A stretch of 64,000 nucleotides of DNA, from positions 1,328,135 to 1,392,134 of the forward strand of contig NW_019091355.1 in assembly GCF_001949145.1 (NCBI RefSeq), written 5' to 3'. The notes beneath the pieces were generated by a model. That model saw only the letters and a list, made by a program, of their open reading frames with translations. It had not been told where the DNA came from and made no database searches. Numbering within the stretch: the stretch's first letter is position 1; each line of letters opens with the position of its first letter. This document shows, piece by piece, positions 49,098 through 61,500 of the stretch. This DNA is from Acanthaster planci. Its lineage: Eukaryota. The position numbers and the translations under genes are program-made.

Positions 49098-52000
49098 GCA
49101 CCTAACTCAAAGGAAATATCTGAACAGCATTAAGTTACCTACAGGCATACAGCTAAGGCCTATTGAACAACTCGTTACTAGTCAATCTGTAGATAATACT
49201 ATGATAAAGATTTAAAATGCTATGCCATACAGAAAGTTACGAGCAGATTGCCTGATGTATTCGCCACTTATGACACAGATAAGTACAACCAAATTAATCT
49301 GTCAATCTACGTATTAAACGGAAGGTCGAGTCGCCCATGTAAAGGCCCTTTCTCGAAATAACAGCACTTTAAACGTGAACATTTGAGTCCGCGATGAACG
49401 TCAGCAAATAAACTCTGGACCACACACATAAAAGACGGCAGAGGAATGATATTTAATACCCATCCCCGATCGGTGGAGTTACCTGCCATTCGTCAAGCCT
49501 TTGTTTTAACTGGAAAGCCAAATATTTGGGCGAGAGTTTTCCAAGTGCTCGTTCGGATGTACGACATAATTAGAGTTTACTGCTGGGGCAAATCCAGAAA
49601 ACCAGCATTTTTACTGGAATATTGGAATGTTGAAGATAGGTTGACTTGGCTGTCTCCTATTTCTCCCTGAGGAAAACAACATAATTAGCTGGGGACGACG
49701 GACTGCACAGTGTGAATTAAAAAATTCCGCAGTTAGTGCATTTCGGAAAGATGACACCCCTTTCCATTTCGCTACTGTTAGTGGATTACCATCTCATTAC
49801 CAAATATATTCAAATTGGAGACAGCTTGAAAGTCCAAAGCTCGGTCAGTCCGAAAACAGAAAATAGTTAAAGAGTGCGAAGGATGAATTGACCCCGGTTC
49901 GGACTATGATCCGACCTTTTCATAGGTTATGATAATGAACCTTAGACTGCAGGATAACCGTATTTTAAGTTCGGCCAACAGAATCTTCGCACCAATCAAC
50001 CTTTGGACTAGCAGACATTCGGACTATCGCGTCAAACGGTCAGATGAAAGAACCCGTATTGTATCTTCGGCCTAATGAACCCTGTGTGAAGGGAGCTTAA
50101 TGCGTTCCAACTATCAAAGTTTTTCGAACCACTGGACTGAGGGACCTCGGACAATTGGGAGATCCCTTCAAATCTGTCTACACTGGCGTGCAATGTCGAG
50201 TCGATTGGTTAAAAATGGGTCTGTCAAATGACACTGAATTAGTTACTCCTTTGATTAGTTATAATGTGCATGTACTGCTAGTTACAATAAATATGCGCGT
50301 TGAAGACCACCCCAAGAATTTCGCTGCAACAGAAATAACAAACGTGATCACTTTCCTTTGCCTCTCAACACTTGACCGTGGAACGTTTCACGAGTATCGA
50401 ATATCTTGACACTGGCCAATTGCTATGCGACCTTTTATTCCACAACAAACGTCAATGGCGCGGGTTTACACGAAAGCGTAACATCACGATGACTAATTGT
50501 ACAAACAGAGTTGTCAAGCAGAACACACAGAAAGGTTATTTTCTTATACCACGTAAGTATTTGACACTGGAGACTTCAGGTGGAATTTTCGAATCCAGGA
50601 GTATGTAAATATCAGTATCTTGCGGTACTCATTGAAAACGTTGGTGAAGTGAAAATAAAACGAGGTTCACTCTGCGATAAGGTGCGATTTCCACGTACTA
50701 GGCCTATACGCTATCATGCATTTGAGTCTCAGATGGGACTGTACTCATTCTTCCGACCGGTAAAATCTTCCCTTAGTAATGTTAAGGTCAGCATACCAAT
50801 ATATCACACATGTAAGCGTTCAAAAACTTATCAGAACTGAATCACAACTTCTTTCGAGGGCGTAGGGGAAAAAAAGAAATCTACAGTTTGGTTCAAGGAG
50901 ATTGACAATTTCTTCATGACGCGATGTGAATATCGCCGCTATGTAGTGACTTTTGGGTGGCACACTATAAAGAATCTTACAGCAATATATACAGGCCAAA
51001 TAGTCAAATCTATAGATGTGAGAGAAAGAAACAATATCCCAAAGTGAACACTGTCGTAGGAGACTATTCGAATGGGCATCTTAAATAAGCACACCCAAAA
51101 GGAAAAAGTTGGAGCTAAGAAGTAAGATTTCTGATACGACATGCACGATGTCGCCTTGTCTTCGCCAAGGAAACCTCAATCCACTTTTAAACGTTTCGCT
51201 TGAGAGCTAGAAAACAAAAACAAAAACCCAGATACATCCGAACTTCCAGCAGAGTGTAGCAAAAGCAAAATCTTTCATTACTCTGAGCTATGGGGCTACA
51301 GTATGTCCCAACAGCGAGGGCGATGACCAAGGGGGGGGGGAGGCCGTTTTCCTTCCTTTCCATTTCCTCAACTACTTTATCAAGCAGTGAGCATGGCCTA
51401 AGTGCGCCATCTATGGCCTATGGACAATATTCAACATCAATGACTTCAACATAGCTCATTCTTGTTCTTCCCTTACTGCCCTTTGGGTGTGCGAAACTAA
51501 TGGATTGGAATTTGAGACTTTATTTCTGTTAGGATTAAAAACCTGATAGCAATCATGAAGTGGAGAAGACAAAATTTTTTCTGTACCAAGCTTCTCAGTA
51601 TATCATCAACTGCCGGTTATGCTCTGTTACAAGGTGCATTTATATATTAACCGGTCTTTGTAGGAATTTGGGAGCGTTCTCTTCTGTAGAACCTATTGCA
51701 GTTTCTTTTCGACGGGGCTCGGAAACGACAAGGCGACTCGTGGTCTCTGGTCTCCAGAGCGCTGCAGTCATAGATGTGCACAACTATTGTTGAAGCCAAA
51801 TAGACATTATGGCATTTACATCAGCAGAAGCCCGTTTCCAGAACGACGGCACGTTTACTGCTTCGTCGCGCGCGGGACTTTAGCGATCCCGTATTGCCTA
51901 ATACGTCTGTGAACTGCAAGTTACTCGAAGTGCTATGGACAGTGAGTTGTGTTTAAACCACTGCCCATGATTGATGTGACTCAAAAATACCGATAGTTTT

Positions 52001-55000
52001 GTCAGGCAAGTATTTGGGTACTTGGGAATCAAATACAATCAAGATGGACCAACTTTTATTTGATGAGGTGGCTATTAGATCTTCCTTACGTCATTGGCTG
52101 GGTTGCAAGAGACGTTGATTTGCGAGCCGAAAAAATGGAGGGAAATAGTGTGTCTCATAACGAATATAATTGCTGAGTGGAATAGCGACAGGCAAAGTTA
52201 ACATGTTAGAAGTATTAGAGCTTTCACTGTTCACGAAATCTCATTTAAACAGCACTTTTTCCTGCAAAGCGCGGTACAGCCATAGACACATTGATCAACA
52301 AAATAACACATTCCAATATACCAAAAAATATATATGCATTTACTTTGATTATGATCGCTGTAAGAGTTCTTTGTTTAGTTATCAAATCAATAAACAGCAA
52401 ACGCATGTAAGTTTCAAGCACTGGTGAAGCTTCTGCTAACTTTTTTCACACAACAAAAGAAAATTTATCTATAATTTCTACTGCATTATATTAAAAAAAA
52501 ATAAAGTTTACTCAGAAGGAAGAAGACATCCCAAATACCGTACCCTCTTCTAGTTTACCGTTCACTTTTAACTTCTTCGTCAATATGGCTAACTTAAAGC
52601 ATTGATCTTTTGAATTAAGTTATTGCTGCGCACAAGGTTGACGTGAAATGAATAGTCCTCGTCAGATTTGGCCATTTTCATGCCCGATTTCATTGCAGTT
52701 TAAGATCTTTAGCTTCTTCTCAGTTGAGTGACTCAAGTGAGCGACTCATTCCCCAGGATGGTAACCAGAACTGGACAGGTCTCCCTTCTTTGCATTACCC
52801 CCGATGAAATTATGTCCACCGTGTGCAGCCATGCACTCAAGCCTTCTTCTCTGGTGCCACGGTAAAACTACACCCGAAATCCGAGCCACAATTTTTAAGC
52901 ATGTGCCATGCATTAGTGCATTACGTCGTCGACAGCGTGCATTTACGGGAAGAGCGGGGGTTACATTGGTGTTCCCTGTAGAGAATAAGTTTCAGACTCA
53001 CTCAGTGGCATGTTGATGATGCGTGACTAAGAAGTGTGCTGCGGATGCTCTGCATAAACTGGCAGTAGGCATGGCCCGTTGAAGTAAAATCATCCGCTTC
53101 ATCATTCTAGTTCCAAAGCACTGTGTTTATACTGTCAGTCTTAACTTATTAGAGTTGCCTTTTAACGGCCTGCAAACGTTGTAACAACCTGCATAACGAT
53201 TCCACAATGTCAGTTCCATTTGGAGTTCACAGGCTTCTCAACAGGACGAGCTGTGTGTACGCAGGCTGACATGAATGGCTCCCGAAGAAGGCACAGCGGT
53301 GCGTTTAACCTTGCTAAGTTCTACAGCGTGGCAACCGTCAAGGACGGCAACTGTGATCGTGAACAAAATTTCCTCTATCAAATATCAGGCAAAATTGTCA
53401 TATTTAATGATTGCTAGTTATATCCTGTCACCAATCGTGGAGTGGAAATTTACGTTAGATCACGTCTCTCATCATCGGGATATTTTTAGCAAGCATTTTC
53501 ACGTTTCGCATGGACGTACCTTTGCGTGGCCGTCTATGGAAAAAAATCTTAATTAAAGAAACTAAAACATTCTTCGTTTGCCATCCAAAATGTAGGCCGA
53601 TCGGCGAAGTCATTTAGGAACACTTCCGAATGTAGATTCTATAGCAGCCATTCCTTTTCCATGCGTTGTATGTCTAAGTGTCATGCCCTTTGCAAATATT
53701 ATACACGCATATAAATGTTTGAAACATGGATGGGACTGTACTTGTAACACACGGCGAGACACGATCTCATCATCCATAAATGATTTTGTGGCAACAAGAA
53801 GTAAAAGTGGATGTACTAATGGAAGGAAAGGCCGGGGAATATTCCCTACTTAGAAGGTACCAATTTGAAATCTAAATTCGGGAATGGCTGAGTGTCATTC
53901 ATGTATATGCAGCCCCAAACTATAGGCTAGCAAGTGCTGTGTTTGTAGTAGGAACACATTGTGTGGATTTTTTTCTCTCCTCTGGGTACTCGCATTCTCG
54001 TCCCAGTTCTGTCAGGAATATGGATTTCGTAGTTTCCTTTGAAAGCAACGTAGTGAGGACGGAGACGACTTAAGAGATGGAAATCAATGCAGCTATACTT
54101 TGGGATGAATAAGCAGGCTAAGTGGATTCCATGTTACTTCCTTGATCACATACTCGGTGATATTCATGGTCAAATACCCGTATGGACCCAATGAAACCAG
54201 GCGAGACCATTTACATTAGCTCTCCAATTGCCGTCCAACATGTTGAAATTGAGGATATCCTACACTCATGACTTTTGTCCATCACCCTTGCCCCCCCCGA
54301 CCTAATTAAATTGTGTTTGTTCATGGCTAGTGGCATGCTCATTTGCTGCAGTTTGTTTGCTTTCGTTAAGTTTTTGGTTGTGGTAACGATGAGCATAGTG
54401 GGAGTGGCTGCTACTTGCAACATGCTATCCTTGAAGCTTTAAATTGCAACGTACACTTTTGTGAGCTTAAAGCTTTGGTTATTATGGATTATAGACAGTC
54501 AGAGTTGCGTCTGACTTTACACTGCTTTAACCTAACATTTTCTCTAGTGCTATTTTGAAAGCAGAAAGCCTTTCCTAGCGGGTGCACCCAGGGCCCACAA
54601 GTTGGCTACCAGAAGATGTCTAGGGGCTGACGAGAGGTCCTCGCGAGGAAATCAACCTGGAAAAGCGACAAACTAAAGGCGACACTCGGGATGTAAATTG
54701 ACGCTTCATCTTAGTTTGTCAAATTGATGACCGCACGAAGGTTGCACCTTCCTGATACAACTTCACTCCTCCCTATAACGTGCTTCTTGAAATGGCTCGA
54801 GTTGTTTCGCTCATATCCTACCCTGAAACATCGAAAACTTTTCAGGTTTTCCCTACTGTCTGGATGCATTATCCCTAACATTCTTTGGAATTCATTCCAT
54901 AGCTCCGGGGTACAATCACCTCTTGGATAGCATTCTACACATTGAACGTGTCAGATGACTTGTCTCGTAATATTACTACATACATCTCATCTGATCTCAA

Positions 55001-55789
55001 CCCTCTTCCACAGTTTAATCCTCGACAGAAACTAACACAATACGACAACTGACTTGAATTGCCGAACGTTGTTCACGCGACTCTCCAGACATGTAGCACC
55101 CGTGGAAAAGATCAGGGAAAGTCTTATTTTACAGTCCAAATTTACAGCAAAACAAAATACTGACACGATGTAGATTGTTCGCGTAAAAAATCTTTTAACC
55201 CCACGAGTAACTTGAAGCTTGATTGGTTTTGTACCACAGACTTACCACTTAGGTGCCCACGACGAACGGCTGCAGCAGAAATCCAGACAAGTTGTCGGCT
55301 TCAGGCATTTTCTGTCTCAGGTCCACTGAGGCACTGTCCTACGTGATCTATCACGGCACACACGCACGTTCTGTCGATGAGAAACGATTCAAATCAGTGA
55401 TTTATAACCGCCCTGCGTTACACACTCGAAAGCAATTTCTGGTTACTGTCGAAGTAGAACGGTGACACTTTGCATAAATTAGGAATGTGTGGAAGGCAGG
55501 TGCGCGCCGTCAAGAGTTTCTTAATTTAAAGATCGGTACCCTGAACCTTTCTAATTTTGCACATAGTGACCTGGGGATCCATGCATCACTGTCATCGTAC
55601 ACCACGGCAGCGCCTATCGATGGCATTTTTTACCCTCTTGTTAAATGGCCAATTCACGGGCAATTGAATTATTGAGGCAATTCGGCAGTTAGTACCGCAA
55701 CTGCTGATTGATTGTGTGTAATTAATCGACATTGGGTCGAATACAAAAGTGATAATTTTATAATAGACTTATGTGTCCTCTGGGTCGGG

Positions 55790-56082
55790 GATTAGCATTA
55801 ATCATTTCTGGTAATGCCACCAAAGATTCCTCAAAAGCGCCCTTGACACATGTGGCTTGCAAGCCTGAAGAAACCTGTAGAGAGGAGACAGTGAGAAGCA
55901 GTAACAGTTTTAGAGATGGGAGGAAAACCCCAGAGGAACATTCTCGGTAAATCCCATGGAATTAGGTAGGGACTGACTTTAGGGACTGAAAACCCAATCC
56001 ACGTGTGGACCGAGGGCCGGGATTCGAGCCAGGACTGCAGAGGTGGAAGGCGAGGAGAGAACCACAACGTAAATTAACCGCC
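55790..56082 (-). mobile_element. tRNA-derived SINE
   Basis: Minus strand has an A-box-like TTGTGGTTCTCTCCTCGCC and a B-box GGCTCGAATCCC (56030-56019), then GTGGATTGGGTTTTCAGTCCCTA...GGGGTTTTCCTCCC and an L2-like GCGCTTTTGAG 3' segment. Contains a small internal TAGGGACTGA duplication. Confidence 0.7.
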
Positions 56083-57604
56083 AAAATATTTTCCCCAAGT
56101 TTGTTTTATTTCAAACAAACTAGGGTGCAGTAACTTTAATCAAAAAAATCCGAGCATTACACATTATTTCCGCATCAAATAAGAAAACAAACGAAGAATA
56201 AAAGAAAACGAAAGGCAGGATTGCAATCGTAAAGTAGAAGAAAAATGAAAATTTTGACAAAGATTGTTTTAATATCGGAAGAATCAGGACCTTGTCATGT
56301 CACTGAATAAATTTAGAAAAAAGACAGGATTTCCTTTTCCTAACGGCATTTTTAGAAAACACAGTTTTTATTTTACATCTTCAGACTTTTTAGCGGAGCA
56401 GATAAAATTTAATGTTTACGTTTAATGCTTAGCTTTATCAATACCATCTATACAATAGTAGGAACCAAAAGAACAAAAGGGTACCCATTAATGAAACGAT
56501 TCCTGCCTCTGCTGTCATATAGGGGTGGGGTCGGAACCAAACTGCTATAGATTTCACTATCGTATCTAGGCCACACGACACCATCTATACTGTAAAATGT
56601 TAGGCAAAAGAACGTTGTGTGGGCAAAGCTAAATTGTCCAGATGTTGTTCACTTTTAATGTAAATGATGGTCATTTTCCAAAAGACTGACCCAAAAGGTG
56701 GACAACTTGTAACCAACCGTTGGGAGGTTGATATTTGCACCAATTTAGAGCAAAAGTTGGTCAAAATATGGCCAATTGTTTATCTAGTGTTTAGCACTCC
56801 AATTCATGTTTCTGTAACAGTCTACTCCAATCCCTGACATGTATGACTTTAGTATCGATTGTCACGTCTTACCATTGCCATACTGTAAACTGAAATTAAA
56901 CAAAACATCTGCCCGGACACTTATTCTGCAGCCTATTCTAGACTCCAGGCAATTACTTTCATTTCAAAACTTAAGCAGGCCTGACAGCGCGGACATTTTG
57001 ACCTGACCTATTCATCATTTGGTATCTGAGACAAATGAAAAGCATCCAGAACGATTAAATAAAAAAAAAAACCATGCAGTAAACATCCCATCTGTTTCAA
57101 CCGACTTGCAGTCCAGCAATCATCACGCTGTTTTTGACAGGTCATTCGATACACCCTCAGGTCCGCTTACGATTCTGTCGCTGTCGCTTGTGGCGACAGT
57201 GGAGGACTCCGCACAAACAGTTATTATTCGACACCAAGGAGTATCGAGATCTATTGAGTCGTTTTACAAAGTTGTACAAGAGATGCCTGTTTGTGTGCTT
57301 GGTACGCCTGACGTCGACTGTGTCCCATAGCCACCCTCAGGTCAGTACTAATAGCCAAGAGGGGCCAGGGCTAATTATCTATCACGTGCCAGTTTATTTT
57401 TGTCACGTGCCAGTCCTCATCTTATGTTGCCTGGGAAATGTCGTACAGTAAGACGCTAGGACGAAGCACTTGGTATTTGCATTTTTCGAGTTTACATGTA
57501 TATTTATTCCTCACTTTTGAATTTGTACAGAAAAGCCCCGCTGTAGTGGTATGATGGTAACAAATAGTATGTGACTACAGATGCTTAATATCTCCCCCGA
57601 AAAT

Positions 57605-57837
57605 AATACAAAAACTGAGGTGTTAAAAATCAATACTTTATGGTGTTATTTTATGACCACACTACAGGGGTATTTCTTAAAATCGCTGGTGTTACTTTGC
57701 ACGCCTACACATCTAAGTGTTCCAATGCACGGGAGCGTGTTAGAAGTAACACCAAATAACACCAAAATGTGAAAGTGTTGGTGTAGTCCTCTGATAACAC
57801 CGGGGTTGTTAAATTTAACACCTTAGTTTCTGCGGTG
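57605..57837 (+). mobile_element. AACACC/GGTGTT-rich MITE (CACT-type termini), copy 2
   Basis: Degenerate TIRs (CAAAAACTGAGGTGTTAAA / TTTAACACCTTAGTTTCTG); homologous to 22418-22617 in the opposite orientation. Confidence 0.7.
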
Positions 57838-57974
57838 AACCCTATTTGCATACCAAAATAATCATAACTGGGCTGTACATAACACTCAAAGAATGTATGT
57901 GAAGCACCTGGTGCACTGTGTGTTTCAGAAGTCTTGGTTCTAATCTAGCTCCAAGTCATCACCTTGTTCAACTT

Positions 57975-58523
57975 TTAAAGGGTAGCTTCAATCCACGTTT
58001 TTGATTACAAACCTGTAAAATGCATCTTTGTACCTCAGTAAATCTTATTTCAACGTTGGTTTCACTATTTCAGAGGGAATGTCGATGCCTTTTTGGTTTT
58101 ATGCTGATGAGTATTTCCATATTCATGAGCAAAACTGTGATGTCATCTCAGGAAGATGTCTCAATGTTACATTGGTTTGTACACAAAAAAGTCCTGTGAC
58201 TTTATAGATTTTCCTGAACTAAGTTTTTTCTTCTTTGCTGATTCCTTGTTGTTAATATGCATAGCAATAAGAAACCATCAATCTGTCTCTCAGAAGTGCT
58301 CTGTGTTAATGAATTCTGGCTTCATTTTAAATACTGAACCATGTCTTCCCTAGATGATTTCACAGCAACAGCGCCCTCAGTTATCTGGGAAAACATTGAT
58401 AATGTTGATTGTTTAAAAGTGTGGCCTTTTCAATTCATTTAACCAAATAGGAGTGTGTAAAAGTGTTCATACAAAGATCCGAAAAAAATGTGTTGAAGAA
58501 AAATTCATTTCAGCTACACTTAA
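57975..58523. mobile_element. Possible Kolobok-like non-autonomous element remnant
   Basis: TTAA-AGGGTAGCT ... AGCTACAC-TTAA: TTAA flanks with short degenerate TIRs only. Confidence 0.3.
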
Positions 58524-61500
58524 AAACAGCATGGAAGATTCATGCTTATATTTACAGTTAGAGTATACATGTATGTAATGGCCATCAGCAGATTCGATCC
58601 CCCCAAAACAAGAAAAAAAAAGAAAAGAAAAGAAATATAAGCGAGGTCGTCTACAGCATGGCGCATTTTTCCCACGAGCTCACGATTCCGTTCTCAGTGT
58701 TTACGCAGATTCTGCACCAAGCTGAAATTGACGGTGGATAAACTCTCTGGAGGGCCGTATCCAAGAACTAAGTTGCCATGTTTGCAACCCTGCACCGGTG
58801 GTATGGTTGTCTGTGCAAAACGTACATCTGATTCAACCGGGGGGGGACTCTGCGGTCGTCAAGCTATCCAAACATTGGGTCCCATATAGTCAGACCGATG
58901 GCGCTGCCAATATAGGAACTGATACCATATGGCAGCGGTCGGGGTATTCGGTTTGATTTTTGGAATGCACCAAGACTGTCAGGGATGTTCTACCATAGTA
59001 AATTACCAGCACAAAATCCATCTGCAAGGTTAAAAAGCAACTGCTCATTCTATATTGCTTACATTCGTTTAACTTAAAGGTGCAAAGTGTGTTGATACAC
59101 TGAGATAATATGGGTGCATTCCAATCGTAAGATCCAGGTGTGAAAGACAAATGTACGACAGCAATGCCCCTTTAATGCAATTAAACTATTACGCTTCACA
59201 GTTCATGAAAATCTTACAGAAACATTCCTAGTATTCTATCGTTATGTCCTGCTACACTTTTAAATCGAAGTGCCATTCCTGAGAATAACAATCAAAAGAA
59301 GCGGAACAATTATTATGCAGTGAGTGGGCAGGTCCACTTTCTGGACAAGGTAGCGCTTGTAAGTTAAACGCAGCATAGTATAAGGAAACTTCGTGGGCTG
59401 CTCGATGGAGAATTCTAATTTTGCGAGCTGGTTTTAGTAATGGTCTGAACTATTATCCCTTCAAAATTGACGGAATGTGAGCCTGTACAGGAAGAGAGAA
59501 AACAACCCACGTACAGTATCGCACTGTCTTGTTGCAAAACAAACGTAATTCCACAATATCTTTGCCATGTTATATTTCTGTATTATACTATGAAATAAAT
59601 CGTCTTAAGTGCTTGAAATATTGTCCAGTTTGCGTACTCCCACACAGTACGTTAAAAGCCAACAGATGCCATTGTTCACAAAATGCTTTTTCTTAACTAT
59701 GCGTAAGGGCTCTAAAGAGAATATCCGCTAAGTATATAGCGGAGGAACTTTGGTGTCTTGGCTGATTTGGAAAACACCATATCAATGAGGTGGTTAGCTA
59801 CCAACGACCTGCTCGATTAGCTGATGAAGTTCCAGTGGGCAGTTCGCCAAACCTGTTTCTCTACGCTCGTTAGAGAGCACGCTTCTGGGCTGTCCTTAAC
59901 GACAATTTCATATCCTGCATGGCTCTCCAGTCAGATTAATGTCGTGTAAGCTTTTAAATCTTGCTCATCACTGGCAGCAAAATATCATGATACGCACTTC
60001 GCTTTTGTCGAGAGGGCATACCATCAACTATTTATAGACCTTTAAATCTGCGATGATTTGGTCGGTGATAAACATGATTGCCGAGTAGGGTGTCTGCTTT
60101 TATTTAATTTGCCGCAGTGTGGGTCAGTATTAAAGATGCTGGCGTTAGGTGTGATAAATTTAGTTTTGCTACAGTTGAATTAAGGTGCATTTTTCTACAA
60201 TTGAACCTTTACAGGAAATTGCTACAAGGTAGAAACACACCCTTAGCTTTCTTCTCAGAATCATTCGATTTATAACGATATTCCTATATCTTTTTCATTA
60301 CTCGCAGAAAGTGAGCAAAATAAATTTCTATTCGAGTGGGACTTCCATTGCATGAAGTATTATCTTGGTTACTTCTCCCCATACTTAGAATCGATGGCAT
60401 TTGCATTTGGAAAGAGAGAAAAAATACTATTGAAATAAATGTAGCATCTTGCTGGGAAGTTAAAGGGCTGAATTGGAAGGACGGATTTGAAAGTTTAGTG
60501 AAGGAATCGATAAAGATGATTGAATGGGAAATAACTGAAAGGGAAAGTGTTTCGTTAGTGAGGAACCTATATGTGGGTTCATTGATTCGCTTCACTTTAA
60601 TTCGAATTAGTAAGCTAGACTTCGAATAATGTGTGCTGCCAAAGATAATTAAATGCATTATCGTTACATTTTCCAACCGGTTACTTGATGACTAAACTGT
60701 TAAGCTTCGTTTGCATTAAATGAAAATTAAACTTCTTTTTTTACGTCCAACATATGCGTGGACTTCTGTGTGGAAGGCTTGAGACGCTTACAGCAGAAAG
60801 CAAAAAGAATGCGTTCCAGGCAAGGAACGTCAGATAAAACAACGTACGAGCAGAAACAGGAAAATAGGGGAAATGCTGGTATGGTGATGTAGAATTTGTG
60901 GGGCTGCGTCACTAGTGTCCGGTTTTAGAATTACACCCAGATATTGAACAGAGGGCGCTATAGCGATATCACGACCATGACCGCAGCTTAGTTACCTAGG
61001 AGGAAGTCAAAAAAGCAAAGGGCGTTATTCCAAGGTACTACCACAACCAAACAGATACCATTGCTCGGAGACCCTGGAAGAAATGATTAAAGCTGCCGTT
61101 ATTTTATAAGTAAGAAAAAATACAACTCTCAAAGGCTCTTCGGGACACACATCACTGCTAAAGCTGAGGTTATGAGACTGTGATTTGGGTGGCGTATGCT
61201 ATCTAGCTATTTGTCGGCATGCAACTTTCCCCTATGTGTTTGTGCATAGCAGTTGAGACAATGATTGTCAAGTTCTCTTGCTGCGATTTGGGAAAACCCG
61301 TAAGTCGTTCAATGGTTCAGACTAGGCACGGGGCGTCTAAAAACACTGATCATATCTTACAGCAATGTGAACAGTGTAAATACCTAGATAATTGACAATC
61401 GTTTTGAAATGAGCTACACACTAGCATTAACAATGTTGAGAAAGTATTTCTTCTCTTCATATACCAAACCTTTCAATACTGAAACAAATGTTACTATCAA

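Noticed and set aside
60284..60676. Overlapping 130-aa and 97-aa ORFs
   Set aside because: AT-rich, non-ATG starts, no motifs.
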